Assembly: GCA_040954595.2 (NCBI GenBank)
Contig: CM082579.2
Location: 6,499,625 to 6,563,624 of the forward strand
Direction of reading: 5' to 3'
Length of the DNA stretch: 64,000 nucleotides
From: Balanoglossus misakiensis
Lineage: Eukaryota; Animalia; Hemichordata
The first letter of the stretch is position 1, and every line of letters begins with the position of its first letter. The translations under genes were made by a program, and so were the position numbers. Under the pieces are notes generated by a model, which did no database searches, was not told the origin of the DNA, and saw only the letters and a list, made by a program, of their open reading frames with translations. This document shows positions 28,501 to 41,309 of the stretch, piece after piece.

Positions 28501-31500
28501 TATTTACACGTGTTACTCATTTGTTTTCCATTAGATTTATTGAGCAAATCAGTCTGCTACCTGATACAGCTGATACACAGCTTGGCATTGTTCGTCATCA
28601 ACTCTCAAGTTCATACCAACTGTTGTCAGTGGTGACGCGAAACAGGGTCACAGCAGTAACTCAAAACAGTTACAAACATGTACATGTGTGTTTATATTAA
28701 TTTTTTCCAATCAACTGAGTCCAGGCAACGCACAACCTTAGAGGATATGAAATGACAGTACACTGTAATTACCAGCGTTTGCTGACGAATTATCAAATAC
28801 GACATTTTATGACACGTGTGCCTGCATGGAACATTGATGTCGCTGCCAGACCTGGACAATGGTTAACAACGTCGCATGTCCGTTCAAATCCTGCTTGTAT
28901 TGTTATTATATACACGTAAATTCCTAGAGATTACATCACAAAATATTTATACGGGGTGGAGGGCTTTCTGGAATGAAAAGGAAAAGTGAACGGAATTTTG
29001 ATTCATCCTGACGGCTACCCCAATGCAGCATGAGCCAAGCAAAGATCAACCAGCAAGGCTGTGCTGGCCCTGCGCATTGCCAGGGGAAACCCGTGTGTTT
29101 AGCAGAGAATCAGAGCTATGTCACGGCAAACTAGGAAATGTAAGAGAGAGTCCACGCCACCATTCTGTTCAAACACCAAGAATCCTGCGCCTTTTTTCTT
29201 GCGGGAGTCATCCAAGCAAAAACACAACAAAGTAGGCTTTTGATTATTAGTAAGATTAAAAAGAGTACAATCTACACTTAGCATCAGATTAGTGCTACTG
29301 GCTGTAATGATGTTTATGCAATCTTTGCCCTTATTCTGCTCTATTAAACTCACAGTGGCTTTTATTAAAAGCTGCACGGCTAGACAGCAAAATACTTGTG
29401 GATCATACTCCATCAGATGTACATTTCCCGTTTTTCTTTTTGTCCAAACATCCTGTCCAGTTGAAAACACAACAGGACCTGAGTCCGACTACCCTGCAGA
29501 CCATGTGTGGCTACGGGTTTTTAAAGTGTAGCGAGCGATCACTGCGTGCCAATCCTACGGAATGGTTCCAATTACAAACACACGCTCTCCCATTCCCGAG
29601 CTTTGGCTTTTCCCAATCCCGGAATGACTAAACAACGCCGGCGCCCGACGCTTTCTTTTTAACCGAAAGTCACAACAAAAAGGGAAACGGAACCCTCGCA
29701 CCATTTGGTGACGCATTTTGATGCAAGCCATATGATTGTGTTCAGGCATTGCAGAATCACTTCAAAGGCCAAGCCCGATTTTATAGTTTCACCGAAATTT
29801 TGTAACGCCGGCAGGTACATTTTCCTGATATCAAATGAGAGGCAAAAAGAATGAATAAATCTGTATGTCACACTTCATAGCCTTTCCTTTTTTCTTTCCC
29901 TTCTCACCTCCAGCAAGGTTCATAAACACAGATATAATATTTTTCTAACAGGGACAAATTGGCTCAGCACCACCTACAGTCAGAAATTCCTCGCATTACT
30001 GCTCATTCCAAAACAATATGAACAAAGTTCTGCCTTGTTGATCTCTATTGTTATTTAAATTCCAGAGGGAAAAAAGAAGGGTTGATCACATTACAAAGCA
30101 AGTACAAGTAATAGCATGTACATGTAGAAGGGAATCTGTAGCTGCTATGTATTGTGTACGTTCGGGGAGAATCAAACGTAGAAGATTCCAATATATCTTC
30201 GCTTCATTCTCCCTCCACTGACTTCAATATCAAGCTTTCTGCGATCACCTCGATTCCTGAATTTAACGATCAATAAATGTACACGTAATACAGTGTTAGT
30301 ATTTTAGCATTATTCAGGTTCAAGGTAAAATGCCATTTTTTTAACACCCACTAACATCCATTCTATAGTACCATCCTATAACTTTCCATGCCCAAGCTAG
30401 GTCAGCGTATTTAGGTAATTAGGTTTCCAATTTTCACGCCCCCCCCCCCCCTCAACAAAACCAGATGTTTGTTGATCCACATGCGAGGGGACAGATAATT
30501 TGTCTGCGTGAAAGTGTTCGAACATAACACTACACAGCATTAGAAGTGTGAGTAGACTCAACAAATAACAGGACCTGGCCTTGACGCTGGGCTAAGAAAA
30601 CTTTCACTTTGGTTGGCATTCAACAACACAATGCCTGCTAACCACTTTTGAAGGGATGGAATTTTTGCTGAATATCTTACATGTGCCATGTCTACCATTC
30701 TTTGTGTGTGTGGAGGTGATATAGGTACATGTGCCTTAAAAGCGATGCCCATTCTCATCACAGCTATCCTAGTACACATGATGTAACATAATGTAATTAA
30801 CCTACAAGTTACTGAGAAATGTCTGTGGACCTGGTGTCCTAGCTGACCAGCCCATTACAAACTGCATACGATGTTTGCCCGGCAGTAAAACTCACTGACT
30901 TGGCTGGCACGAAATAGTTGGCATTTCACGAAACCACTGGCAAGACACCAGGCATGTCCACCCTACAGTCTCCAGCTGAGCGCCCGCTGCGAAAAAACCG
31001 ACACATTTTGAATGTACGTCTTATGATTGACACCGCCAGTCTTACTCTACAATAGACCTGTCAGCAAAATGACTCTCAGAACGAGATATTTTCTAAACGT
31101 CTGACGAGGAATTGGTGGTGTCAGTTAGTAGTTACAGGCACATTTTCTTCTTAGGCTTGAAAAATCCAGAATGTCAGGAGGGAATGTAACGAACTTTCCT
31201 GTCAGTCCCTCTGCCTCCCTCCCCACTCTCCGTCTCTGCGGGTCTACCCCCCCCCCCCCCCCCTCACTCCCATCAGCACACAAGCCACGTAGTTCAGCCA
31301 GCAAGTGTATTCAATTATAGAACCAGGAGATGAGAGCCTGGAACCAAGCTTCACCAGTGATATGCATGAAATTTGCAACTCAATATCCACACGAACCAAA
31401 TCCCTGGAAATAAACGGGGTGCCCAGCAGTGTCACACTGACTCTACTGAAAGAAGTAGGTCGGCCGATTTTAATGTCATACCACATCAGCAGACACCACT

Positions 31501-33540
31501 GTAAATCACTCGAAGATGAACCGTCCTACATATCAGGGTTTTTTTTTAAAGACTGACACACTTTGGTGACTGTAGCATCAATGAAGTGAATGCAACTGAC
31601 ATTTGATGCTGTGTCTTACACTGCAATGCTGTCTTGCTCTTCTGTGCAATAGAAACGTTGTGATCACTGCTTCACTCTACAAATGGATGATTTTTCATTT
31701 TGTTTCTAAGACATGGTAATCTGCTTACATCTATAATAATGACTTTTGGCCCTGAATCCCCCCCCCCCCCCCCTCGTCTGAAATTTTTGGCACCTCCCTC
31801 GGATGTAGCTGGACCACTCCAGGAATGCAACCCCCTTGTGGTGATATTGTAAATAGGTGACACCCCCTTACCTAACTGTTTCCACAGTCAAATTCCAAAC
31901 CATCAGACGCAACTGTCAGAAATAACTGTATCAGCTTTTGCTTTCACTATGATCCGGTCAAGAATAAATCGATATTTTCAATTAAAGTTAACTTATGACA
32001 TTTAAACAAGGTATAAAACTATTTTTAATCAAAAAACCTATTATCGGGATGACCAAATATGCACAGATAGGTGAGTGACCTAAATTGCTTGCATATCAGA
32101 GCACTTCTGCTTACATTACAGATAAGGAAAGTATATATAATTTTATTTATAAATAGCTTTAGTTTTCAACAGTCGACTTCTGTGAAGTATACAGATGTCT
32201 GCACATTCCACCGAAGCAGAGGGCGTGCTCAGCCGAAGTTCAAAGACTTAGTTTTTAGGTGTGAATGAGGTCATAGTCTCACATTCTGCACATTTTCCCC
32301 CAAAACCTTGGCATTTTTGTTTTCTATCATTCCTTGACACTGACCTCAAACGCCCCTAGCTGCTCTATTATCCTCATTGCATACCTTGGCTCTCCAAATG
32401 CAAGAATGCTCCTGACGGTCATAAATTATCTCAGTACAAACATCCCCACATCATATACTGCTGGCATTTTTCAGGCACATTAAATTTTGGACTAGAGTAC
32501 TTGAGGTGAAATTCAGGAACCGTAAGAAAACGCCTGCGTCAACTCTATATACGAGCACAGATATACTTACCCGAAATGGAGAAAAAAATGCATATTTTTA
32601 GGTTCAGGCGTCATATCTGCTACCCAATTAACCTTTCCATGATACACAAATCTATATTAAGTGTTTGTCGTCATTCAGGCACGAAAGGGTAACCCATATA
32701 TGGCTAAAGGTGAGTTATGGCGAAGCTTGTACCATCACAACCATTTTTTTTCACATGGTAATTGAAACTAAAGCCATTTACAGACATGATGAAACGTCAG
32801 ATTCTCTCCACAAGTTGCAATCAAGAGTTTCAAAGCAAGAGTCTGCTTCACTGGTTACCATACTGACGACTTAAATGATTTTATAACAATACATAGCTGA
32901 ACATCCAGGATCTGATTTTTGGGTGTGGAAAGCTACTGCAAACTTTGGCCTGTTTTTATTATGATCCTGACATTTATAGAGCCAATTGCCTTTGACCTTA
33001 ACCCAGAACAAGGACAGTGACACACTAGGAGTTGTTTGTGAGAGCAAACTCTAACCAGAGTGAGTTGTCGACCTTTTACCCATAATGCAATGTGATTTGA
33101 CCCCCCAGCACGAAGTAACTACAATTCACCAGAAAGCACTTATCTTGTCAAAAACTAGCAATCTGAAGTACACCTCAAATCTGGGACTGGTCTAAAGCTG
33201 AACTTTTCAAACGGAAATGTTTGAGCCTTTTTATTCACCTTTACAGACAGGCCCTTGTTACGCACATACTTTCATGTACTCGGTAAATAAATAAACGGGA
33301 CTTGGCAGTCCACTGACAAGTCTGATTCTTTGCTTTTATAAAATGTTTGATGACAAAATACCATCCACAGACCTGCAGTATGTCAAAACTATGTCTCATA
33401 CTAGACTGACTGAGATCATACAGTCTAACATAACAGAGCTTATGAGCAAGCCCTATTTATGCCACTAGAAAATCAAGATGTTGGCCATGGTGAAAGTATT
33501 TTTGATCCAGGAGAATACTCACTGTTTTTCCTTTAATTAA

Positions 33541-33627
33541 CCCCTTCACCAAAATGGTTTGGTCCAAATCCATCATTTTCTACCAGGCAAAGTTGTACCT
33601 CTACAGAGGTAAATGGGGGTGAACAGG
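33541..33627. mobile_element. Short TTAA-flanked (piggyBac-like) MITE, copy 1
   Basis: TTAA|CCCCTTCACC ... GGTGAACAGG|CTAA. The body (atggtttggtccaaa...cctctacagagg...gggggtgaaca) recurs at 60.9 kb. Confidence 0.6.
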
Positions 33628-33787
33628 CTAAACTATAAATTATTACCAGTCAGTCCAGGAAGGGGACAGAGTCTGTGTTTCCTACCCTACCCTAAAGTGA
33701 GTGTCAACACTTACACACTCTAGCAACAAAACCTGTCCACTCAAACACAAGATGATCTACCACAGCAATGTTTAACAGGAAACTTAC

Positions 33788-33808
33788 CGGTGGGTAATGT
33801 AAAGGTCA
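33788..33808 (-). CDS. Candidate 21-nt symmetric microexon (phase 1-1; (V)TFTLPT)
   Basis: Acceptor CCCTCTCTCTGCTTGTTCAG|, exon TGACCTTTACATTACCCACCG, donor CCG|GTAAGT. Length is a multiple of 3 and it is open in the phase delivered by exon 4. Confidence 0.5.
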
Positions 33809-35035
33809 CTGAACAAGCAGAGAGAGGGCTGGGGGTTATCAGAACGCACTGCACTGCAGTGCAGCTAAAGATTTCTGTTTCTAAAGGTCTATTGACAAGT
33901 TTCAATTGGCTACCGATCTTGCAGTGTATGGATTTTATGCAGGTTGTCCTGTAAGTGTCACTGTCTGTGCAACTGGGCGCATTAAAACATACACACTTCT
34001 AAGTGCTTTTTTCCATCTTTCAGCCTCGTTTGTTTCACCATTAAAATCATTCTCAAACAAATCAATTTCGTGAAATTGATTTAATTTCACTCTACTGTAC
34101 AAAACGTATTTTTAATATAAAATATACTGTTTTTCTTTTACATTGGTTTCGGATGTTGTCTAGTCAAAGAACTTGAAGTGCAAAGTTCATAACGAACTTC
34201 TGGTCATAAATTACGAGGGACGCTTCCTTGGGTCGGAACATTTGAAGTTGCGTATAATCAGGCTTGGTACGGTGTGCAAATATATGGATTCATAATTTCA
34301 AACTTTTTAACAACCAAGACTTCGACTGTGGTAACATAAGTCCTTGAAAGTGGAAATCAATAAATAGCGAAAAGGCAAACCACGGTCCTGGGCAAAGATA
34401 ATTTTAATACTACTCAAACTTCCCAAGTTTTAACGGACGCTAATCTTTATGTACCATTTTGACATCGCCGGGGTACTGGTGGACTAGAAAACTCTCGGTC
34501 CCTGCCAACCGCATCAGTCATAAACGGTCCCCAGCATAATCGAATGAACAATCAAATACCATAAGTCGATTAACGTGTGTAACACTTCAATTGTCATCTA
34601 GTACAAGGCACGTGTATCAGACCAAAGGATCTTTTGTACACGCATCGCCGACGGTGAATATAAAACCCAGCTCTCCGACCGCCCATTGTTTGCATTCCAC
34701 TGCGGGGCGAGATCTAAAAGCCCTTCCCGAACATGCGGCGTGTATTTTACCACCAACTGTACATATGACCCAGTTTTAATTGTTGCAGGTTTTTTAAGCG
34801 GCGATGAAACTCACTGGCATATTCATATCAGAAAAGCTGAATAACAGACAAGTTAAAACTACTGACTATACGCTTAGCGCGTCTGCTGGCAAGGCAACGT
34901 ACATCATGTACATTTCAGCGCGCGTTCATATCGGAAACGCGATCACAGTCATGCGTTCGATTTATGAGAGATTCATAAGACACAAAGCGCGAAAAACGGC
35001 AAAAGAAAAAGGAAATCACAAGAGGGATTTCATAC

Positions 35036-35165
35036 CTGCCAGCTTTCTTCGTCTGCTTTTGTAAACAAACTTGTCCCAGGCTCGCTGTTTGGTCGATCTA
35101 TCCCGCGCGCTGAGTGAGCGTATCAATTTCGCCATTATCGCGAGTTCTTCTGGGTTTATATCAAA
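35036..35165 (-). promoter_or_regulatory. Candidate internal promoter and non-coding first exon
   Basis: TATAAA on the minus strand at 35160-35155 inside a CpG-rich stretch (~34.4-37.1 kb), followed ~120 nt later by donor CAG|GTATGA at 35036/35035. Forkhead-type GTAAACA at ~35061. Confidence 0.45.
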
Positions 35166-37117
35166 CACAAGTTTACGTGCAGCGGGCAACGTTCGGGCAC
35201 TTGGTAATGGGTTTTCCGGCTACTGATTAAACTTTCAATGGGACGGTGCCCCGCGTAAGAGTTTGCGGGTCAGCGACTTCGTCTTACATCCGTCACTTTT
35301 ACCACTGTCAACACACTTTGCAGCACAGAAGAGCAAGCACAGCTAACATTAGCAACGTTTGGTCAACTTTTCTCCGTCGATAATCGGACGCTGATAAATT
35401 TTGAACTTGGAGAGATGTGGGCGGAACATCTATCAAGAGTAGGGGCCTATACCAATGATTGGTTGGCAAAGTCGAACTCCTGGGCTATCAGACTTTTTTC
35501 CCGGGGAGGGCAGGTCATTTCGCTCTGCGCTGTTCTCAATCAGGCGGAACTGATGTTCATTTCTCGTATCGGATGTCTTCTTGATCATCTGCAGCCGAAA
35601 ACTTCTCGCCCGCGCTCAGCGGTATAAACAAACAAAGGATATGTCAAGCCTTGTTGCATACATTATTCCAGGCCCAGTTTGTTTGACAATAGGAGTTCTC
35701 TATTGTTTTACTCTTAGAGTGGCGCACTGTACTGGTGAGGCAGTGCGATAAAGGTTAGCTTTGACTTTGAGAAACTGTCGCGACGAAATGAAACACAATC
35801 TTTCATTGTCTATATCATCTGAAAGGTATAAACCATGATGAATTCATTTACAAAGATTTTACATGGAGGCCTTCGGCCTTCGTCCGTTTTCTGAAAACAG
35901 CGGATGTTCCTTTTTTAAGTAAAGTTTGAATTGAAGCTGATTTTCCCCCAGAGATCTGCATCCAGGAGGGGGAGAGAGTTTCCTGTCCCAAACGTCCGCC
36001 TCTTTTCTGTAATTCTTTTCTAGAAACCGTGGTAAAAAAAACTAAAACAAACTTAGTGAAACAAGTATCATTGCATTGATAATTGTTTCTAAGTGAACAA
36101 ATTGACTCACGACACATTTGCACATGTGTCATCAGATAATTGATGCAAATGTTTGTCGTCTCATTCTGTAATAAACCAAAGTCCCTCTGTGTTTAAACCA
36201 TCATCAGATCATAGCGGGGAAATATAATATCTTTAATGTGTTATATAAGCCACCTGATCGTTGCGACCCGACTTCGACAACTTCCTGTATCTACAAAACG
36301 CGATACTTCAGGTAAACTCCCGTGTTTGCACAATGTCGGACTTCCGCAGTTCACATCATCTTCGTCTGTCAGTGGATGGAATAAACTTTATTTACAGTAA
36401 ACGAAACTATTTGACCCAGTTTCAGGTGAAAAAACAAGGCCAAAGCCAAATACGCAGAGAGATATCGTTTTTTCCCGTTTTGATGTTGGTCCGCCAAACA
36501 ACATTCAATACATGCGATGACAGAAATTTGCCGGTCGGTCCGACAGGAGTTGGGTCCATGTCGGGAGGAAGACTGCAATCTTAATTTCCTTCATAATATT
36601 TGAACAGTTGAACGGACATAAAAACATGGACAATCAGATTACATTGAAATGTATCACACGTTGCGCATTTCACATCACTGTATATGGTGATTTTCGCGCT
36701 GATAGGAGAAAGAAGGAGGATTATTTACACGCAAAAAGTAGCCCAATTTCCGACTTTTTGGTGGTATAACTGTAAAGATGACCGGTTTGGGTTTTGCGTC
36801 AACGGTATCACATATTATTATAATTTACAAACCAACTTGTCAGTGCAGAGATATCGGTGTCAGGCTAGGCGAAAATAGATGCCACAGTACTCATCAATGA
36901 CAGTTCTAAAGATGAAACAGAGTTAGTGCGTCGATCTTCGCGGGGATCTTCGTCATACCCAAGGACAGTGACGATCGTCCTTCTGATCGTCTGTCAATCG
37001 CACTGACGCGTTTCCTGTCGGCTTTTATCTGACATCACGACCCGCTTTTTTATTTATTTGTTTACAAACTAGAATACTGGATCTTTAAACCAATGTATGG
37101 TGACAAGATATACTATG

Positions 37118-37406
37118 AGAAACGCCCGCAAAATGTGTTTGTTTCAGTGTAAAATCAAACATCGATGCAAATAACCGATTTCTGCACAAGTATAATAGAA
37201 CGTTCATTTTCGATAGAGTTGCCGAACAACTTATATATTGGAGTTAACATACATAGCTTTTGGAACCATTTATCAAGAAAAAAACATCGAAAAAAGGGTC
37301 AGAAAATAAAGCAGTCCCAGAAACGCCCGCAAAATGTGTTTGTTTCAGTGTAAAATCAAACAACGATGCAAATGCCCGATTTCTGCACAAAGTATAATTG
37401 AACGTT
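37118..37406. repeat. 88-bp direct duplication, 201-bp offset
   Basis: agaaacgcccgcaaaatgtgtttgtttcagtg...gaacgttc at 37118-37205 and 37319-37406, 4 mismatches. Confidence 0.9.
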
Positions 37407-38906
37407 CGTAGAATTTCTCGGCTCAAAACTCAAGAAACCTCTTCATTTTGGACAAACGCGCTGTACATTTTCAAACAAGACTTTTCCATGTGTGCAAAAT
37501 GCACATCAACAGTTTGGCCCTGCCTATACAAAGGTCAGATAAACATTGCAATTCAGCAAATGCATACTGGAACCACAGTCCTCAAATGGGAGTCGTGTTT
37601 GGTCAAATAAACAGAGTTGTCATAAAGATGTGCTATCAAAAATGTTTCCTGACAACAAACTTCGTTTTGCTTTTTCTGGTTGGGTGAAAGGATTTCCTTT
37701 TGGTTTGTTCATGTCTCAGATTTTATTGCTTGCATATGACAACTGTCTCTAATCAATCAGCCATGAATCATGGTCATGTGACATCCCCTGTACAGAAAGA
37801 TGTGCACTGGATCCTCACAATTTGCATAAATTATAGATTTTTTTTATATTAAAGGCGATATAAGTTTTTAAGACCCCACTGAGTTTTTTATAGATCTTTC
37901 ACTGTTGATGGTGGGTACTATGTATAATGGAATAGATACAGTATCATTCAAGCTCCTCACAAAGCAAACTGGAAAACGGCCAATTTGTTTTCCGATATTT
38001 ACGAGGTTACTGCTATTAGGCACATCTTTAGAGAGAACAAAACCACTTTCATCCAACCCACGCACAATAATCAGTGATGAGAAGCAGAAAGGCACTGAAA
38101 TATGACTCAATTTGGGGTAACCTCTTTATGACTCAAGTTTTTTGGTAACTTTAGACACACAATCAATGTACAACAGATTGACTTTTAGGGACAGATAACG
38201 CAACCAGTGAGCAAATTGGCCAGTGGTGTGTGTATGTTCATGTACTCTAAAGTGGGGGAAATAACAGGATATTTCTGAGACCGGGAGACACATCTGTAAA
38301 TCTTCGGATAGCAACTGGCTGGCCGCTCTGATAAAAGTGAAAGTCGATACACTGGTGTAATCTCGGCGGAACAGAAGTGGGAAGATATGCATGGACGCAG
38401 AGCCGGGATGACTGGAGAGAAATCTCGGGTGAACAACAAACCGAAGCCGTAAATTAAAGACTGGGCGAGATTTCTTAACTTCATGACAGAGCTGAGCTTT
38501 TCAGCCGACAGAAAAATGTTTACAAACTATTTATTGCCAGACTAGGCAATAATAGTTCGCTTTTATTGCCGTCTCTGGTATGGACAGAGCAGTTGCCTGT
38601 AAAAGTCTTGAGTATGTGTGAATTTGACCAGTATTTACCTAGGGACATTCTCCAAGGCAATGTTCTAGCATACACTGGTTGCAGGCTCTCGCTAGCATAC
38701 CAACTGTGTACTGAGAATCCTAGAATGTACACGTAACTACTTACATTCCTGTGCGTCTTCTAATTGGAATGATATAATGTACAAATGTCGACCAAATGTG
38801 GTACCATTAATATACCAGTTTTGGTCAAGAAATGCTAGCATTTATGGTGGATATTTCCATCTGTGGTTACGCACTGTAACGTCGAATGTTTTTATGTCAT
38901 TACTAG

Positions 38907-38962
38907 TAGTCTAGATCTAGACGTCATATTGGGAACAGGACTCTCTGTCTAGATCTAGACTA
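38907..38962. repeat. 56-bp mini inverted repeat with TAGTCTAGA termini
   Basis: TAGTCTAGATCTAGAC (38907-38922) and GTCTAGATCTAGACTA (38947-38962) around a 24-bp spacer. Confidence 0.7.
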
Positions 38963-39378
38963 GTAATATGTTGTGTGAGATTAAACTTTGGTACATGTAG
39001 GTAAACTAGAATCTGTGATAGATTCTAATTTCAAGTTTGCTGAGATTTCCTCCTAAAAACATATCATCTACCAGGGAAGTTGTGGGCTGCGGAACTGCAG
39101 CTAATGATTTCACCACATCTTTCTAAGAGGGTGTGTCTCTCATTTGAAAATCGTGTGATCCGCATCCAGGCTGGGCCATCTTTATTTGGACATTCTCTGC
39201 AATTTCGACAATGTGTGATATGCATTCTACTGTCATACTTTTCTTCGCGCGATGAAAACACCGCATAAAAAAGTAAACAACATACAGTCAAGTCATGAGT
39301 GGTGATCGAAACGCGAGGAAGGGATAGTTCAAACCGCTGATGTCATCAATCACATCGGACAAGACACGTAGGCATATA

Positions 39379-39568
39379 CTGTAAAACGGGTTATTTTCGC
39401 GACAGGAAATTTTTGCGATGCGAGAATTAATTTTCACATTCTCGTATTTCACTAACTGCATCGTTATCTACGGAAAACATTTTACGCGACTTTTTATTTT
39501 CACGATTCTTTTTGGCTCTCGCCTATTTCACAAAAATTTATAGCTCGCGAAAATAACCCGTTTTACAG
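39379..39568. mobile_element. 190-bp MITE with TA target site (Tc1/mariner-type)
   Basis: Perfect 24-bp TIR CTGTAAAACGGGTTATTTTCGCGA at 39379-39402 and 39545-39568, flanked by TA (TATA) on both sides. Confidence 0.85.
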
Positions 39569-40951
39569 TATACAGAGCGTACGTAGCCCAGGATGAGATG
39601 CGATGACATTCACGTGTAACACAATGCGGAAAAGGGCGTATGTCTTCCACCACACGGCATCATTTCTTCTCGATGGTCAGGGTTAATGGATTTCCCAGAT
39701 CGTCCGCTGCGGAGGCCAAACAGTGGTGCGACACAGAAGTAGGTTACAGTTACAAATCGGGAGCGCGCATCAAACGTTTGTATGAACCAGTCAATAAAGA
39801 GAGCCACAGTGATACACAAACCTGGAGCAACATACAGACAGATAGCCTGGTTGCTTTGCTTGTCTGTTTTACTGAATTCTATTACGGATATTATTATTAT
39901 TATCAACAACACTATTTGCCGATACGAATTTCACATTCATGACACATTCAAAGGAGCAAAACAGGCTAGGAAATAAATATTTTAATAGACCATTTACAAG
40001 CTTGCCCTGTGTGAAGGCAGTCCTGGTATTTGATGGGCAACATCCACAAAGTATTTGACAATCTGAGACAGCTTCTGTGTGTTGGTATATTTGCTACCTT
40101 TTCACTCTTGATTCACGTCATTTCGTGGACGACCAATGTCCCCCCCACCCCCCCACCCCACCCCACCCCGCTTCAAACTTTATTATCTGAACTTCACGGT
40201 ACACAGGGTTTCATCGGAATGAACCATCACGAAAGAACGATTGACATGTCACACACTGCTGGCGTTTTATCCTGAGTGCAGTATGAACTGTCAGCTGTTT
40301 CACACCAGTCTGTTCTCTTCCGTCTTCACTTCAGGACTTCTGCATGGCATTCCTCTTACGTTTATATTGGGAAGAGTTGTTGGAAAACAGGACATTTCCA
40401 GTCAAGTCATCAGACTTGTTTTGCACAAAATAGAACCCTTCTCTATCCAATATCTCCGCCTGTACAACAACCTCAGGTTTCTATTTCATACTTCAAGCCT
40501 GATCAAGAACTAATGTACTTTTTCAAAAAACACTTCACGCTCTCAAAACAAAGTGTGTTCATAAATTGAAACACAATTCAGTGACTGACATAACAAATTG
40601 CTAACGTTTCCAAATCGATTGAACCGCCACAATGGGCGCAGTGACAGTTGATAGTTTCGCACATTCATTTTCCTCCCTCCATCCACTTCAAACACAAGAG
40701 CGACCAATTTATACTCATCCATCACTGGGCTCGGCGAGCGACATTTGATCAATACAGAGTCATCAGATTCGCGGGGGGAAAACACACCGCTTTCTCTCTC
40801 TGTACAGGAGGTCGGTAATTTCCCTGTTTCATATTTCAAGTTTTTTTTACAACGGCTAATGTGCTTTCACAACCGCCCAATTACAACTGATGTCAAGGGT
40901 TTCAGAAAGTGGGCACTCCTCGGCGAGATATCTCACGTTTCCAGTCGATGC

Positions 40952-41309
40952 TAGTCTAGAATCCAGACTCGATATGTTTTCCGCCGTGCTCCACACACAT
41001 GGTCTGGCAATCTGATTTTTTGCCATTTCCATGTTAAAGGACTCTAACCATGGTAACTCAGGTCGCTGCTCACCATGTGGTCATATGATCACGACATCTG
41101 ATAAGTCAATTATAACCAGACCTGCTACTGATTGGCTGAATTAATGAGCAGGGGTGTTGCTCAATATCAGTGAGCTGAGTTGCCATGGCTGGAGTCCTTT
41201 GACATGCAAGTAGCAAAAGTAGCAAAAAACCCAAAATGAAGACCAAAATGCGAGACCGTGTGTGGAACATACATGTAGTGAAAAACACATGAGCATGGAT
41301 TCTAGACTA
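40952..41309. mobile_element. 358-bp older MITE with the same termini, degenerate long TIRs and a 9-bp TSD
   Basis: Termini TAGTCTAGAATCCA...TGGATTCTAGACTA. Inner arms still pair (catgttaaaggactctaaccatggtaactcagg vs catgtcaaaggactccagccatggcaactcagc). Flanks AGTCGATGC (40943-40951) and AGTTGATGC (41310-41318). Confidence 0.85.

Noticed and set aside
34059-34082. 11-bp-stem palindrome AAATCAATTTC-GT-GAAATTGATTT
   Set aside because: Short and AT-rich, with no other supporting context.
41106-41288. 60-aa ORF with a signal-peptide-like hydrophobic stretch
   Set aside because: Entirely inside the 40952-41309 MITE. The hydrophobicity comes from T-rich sequence.
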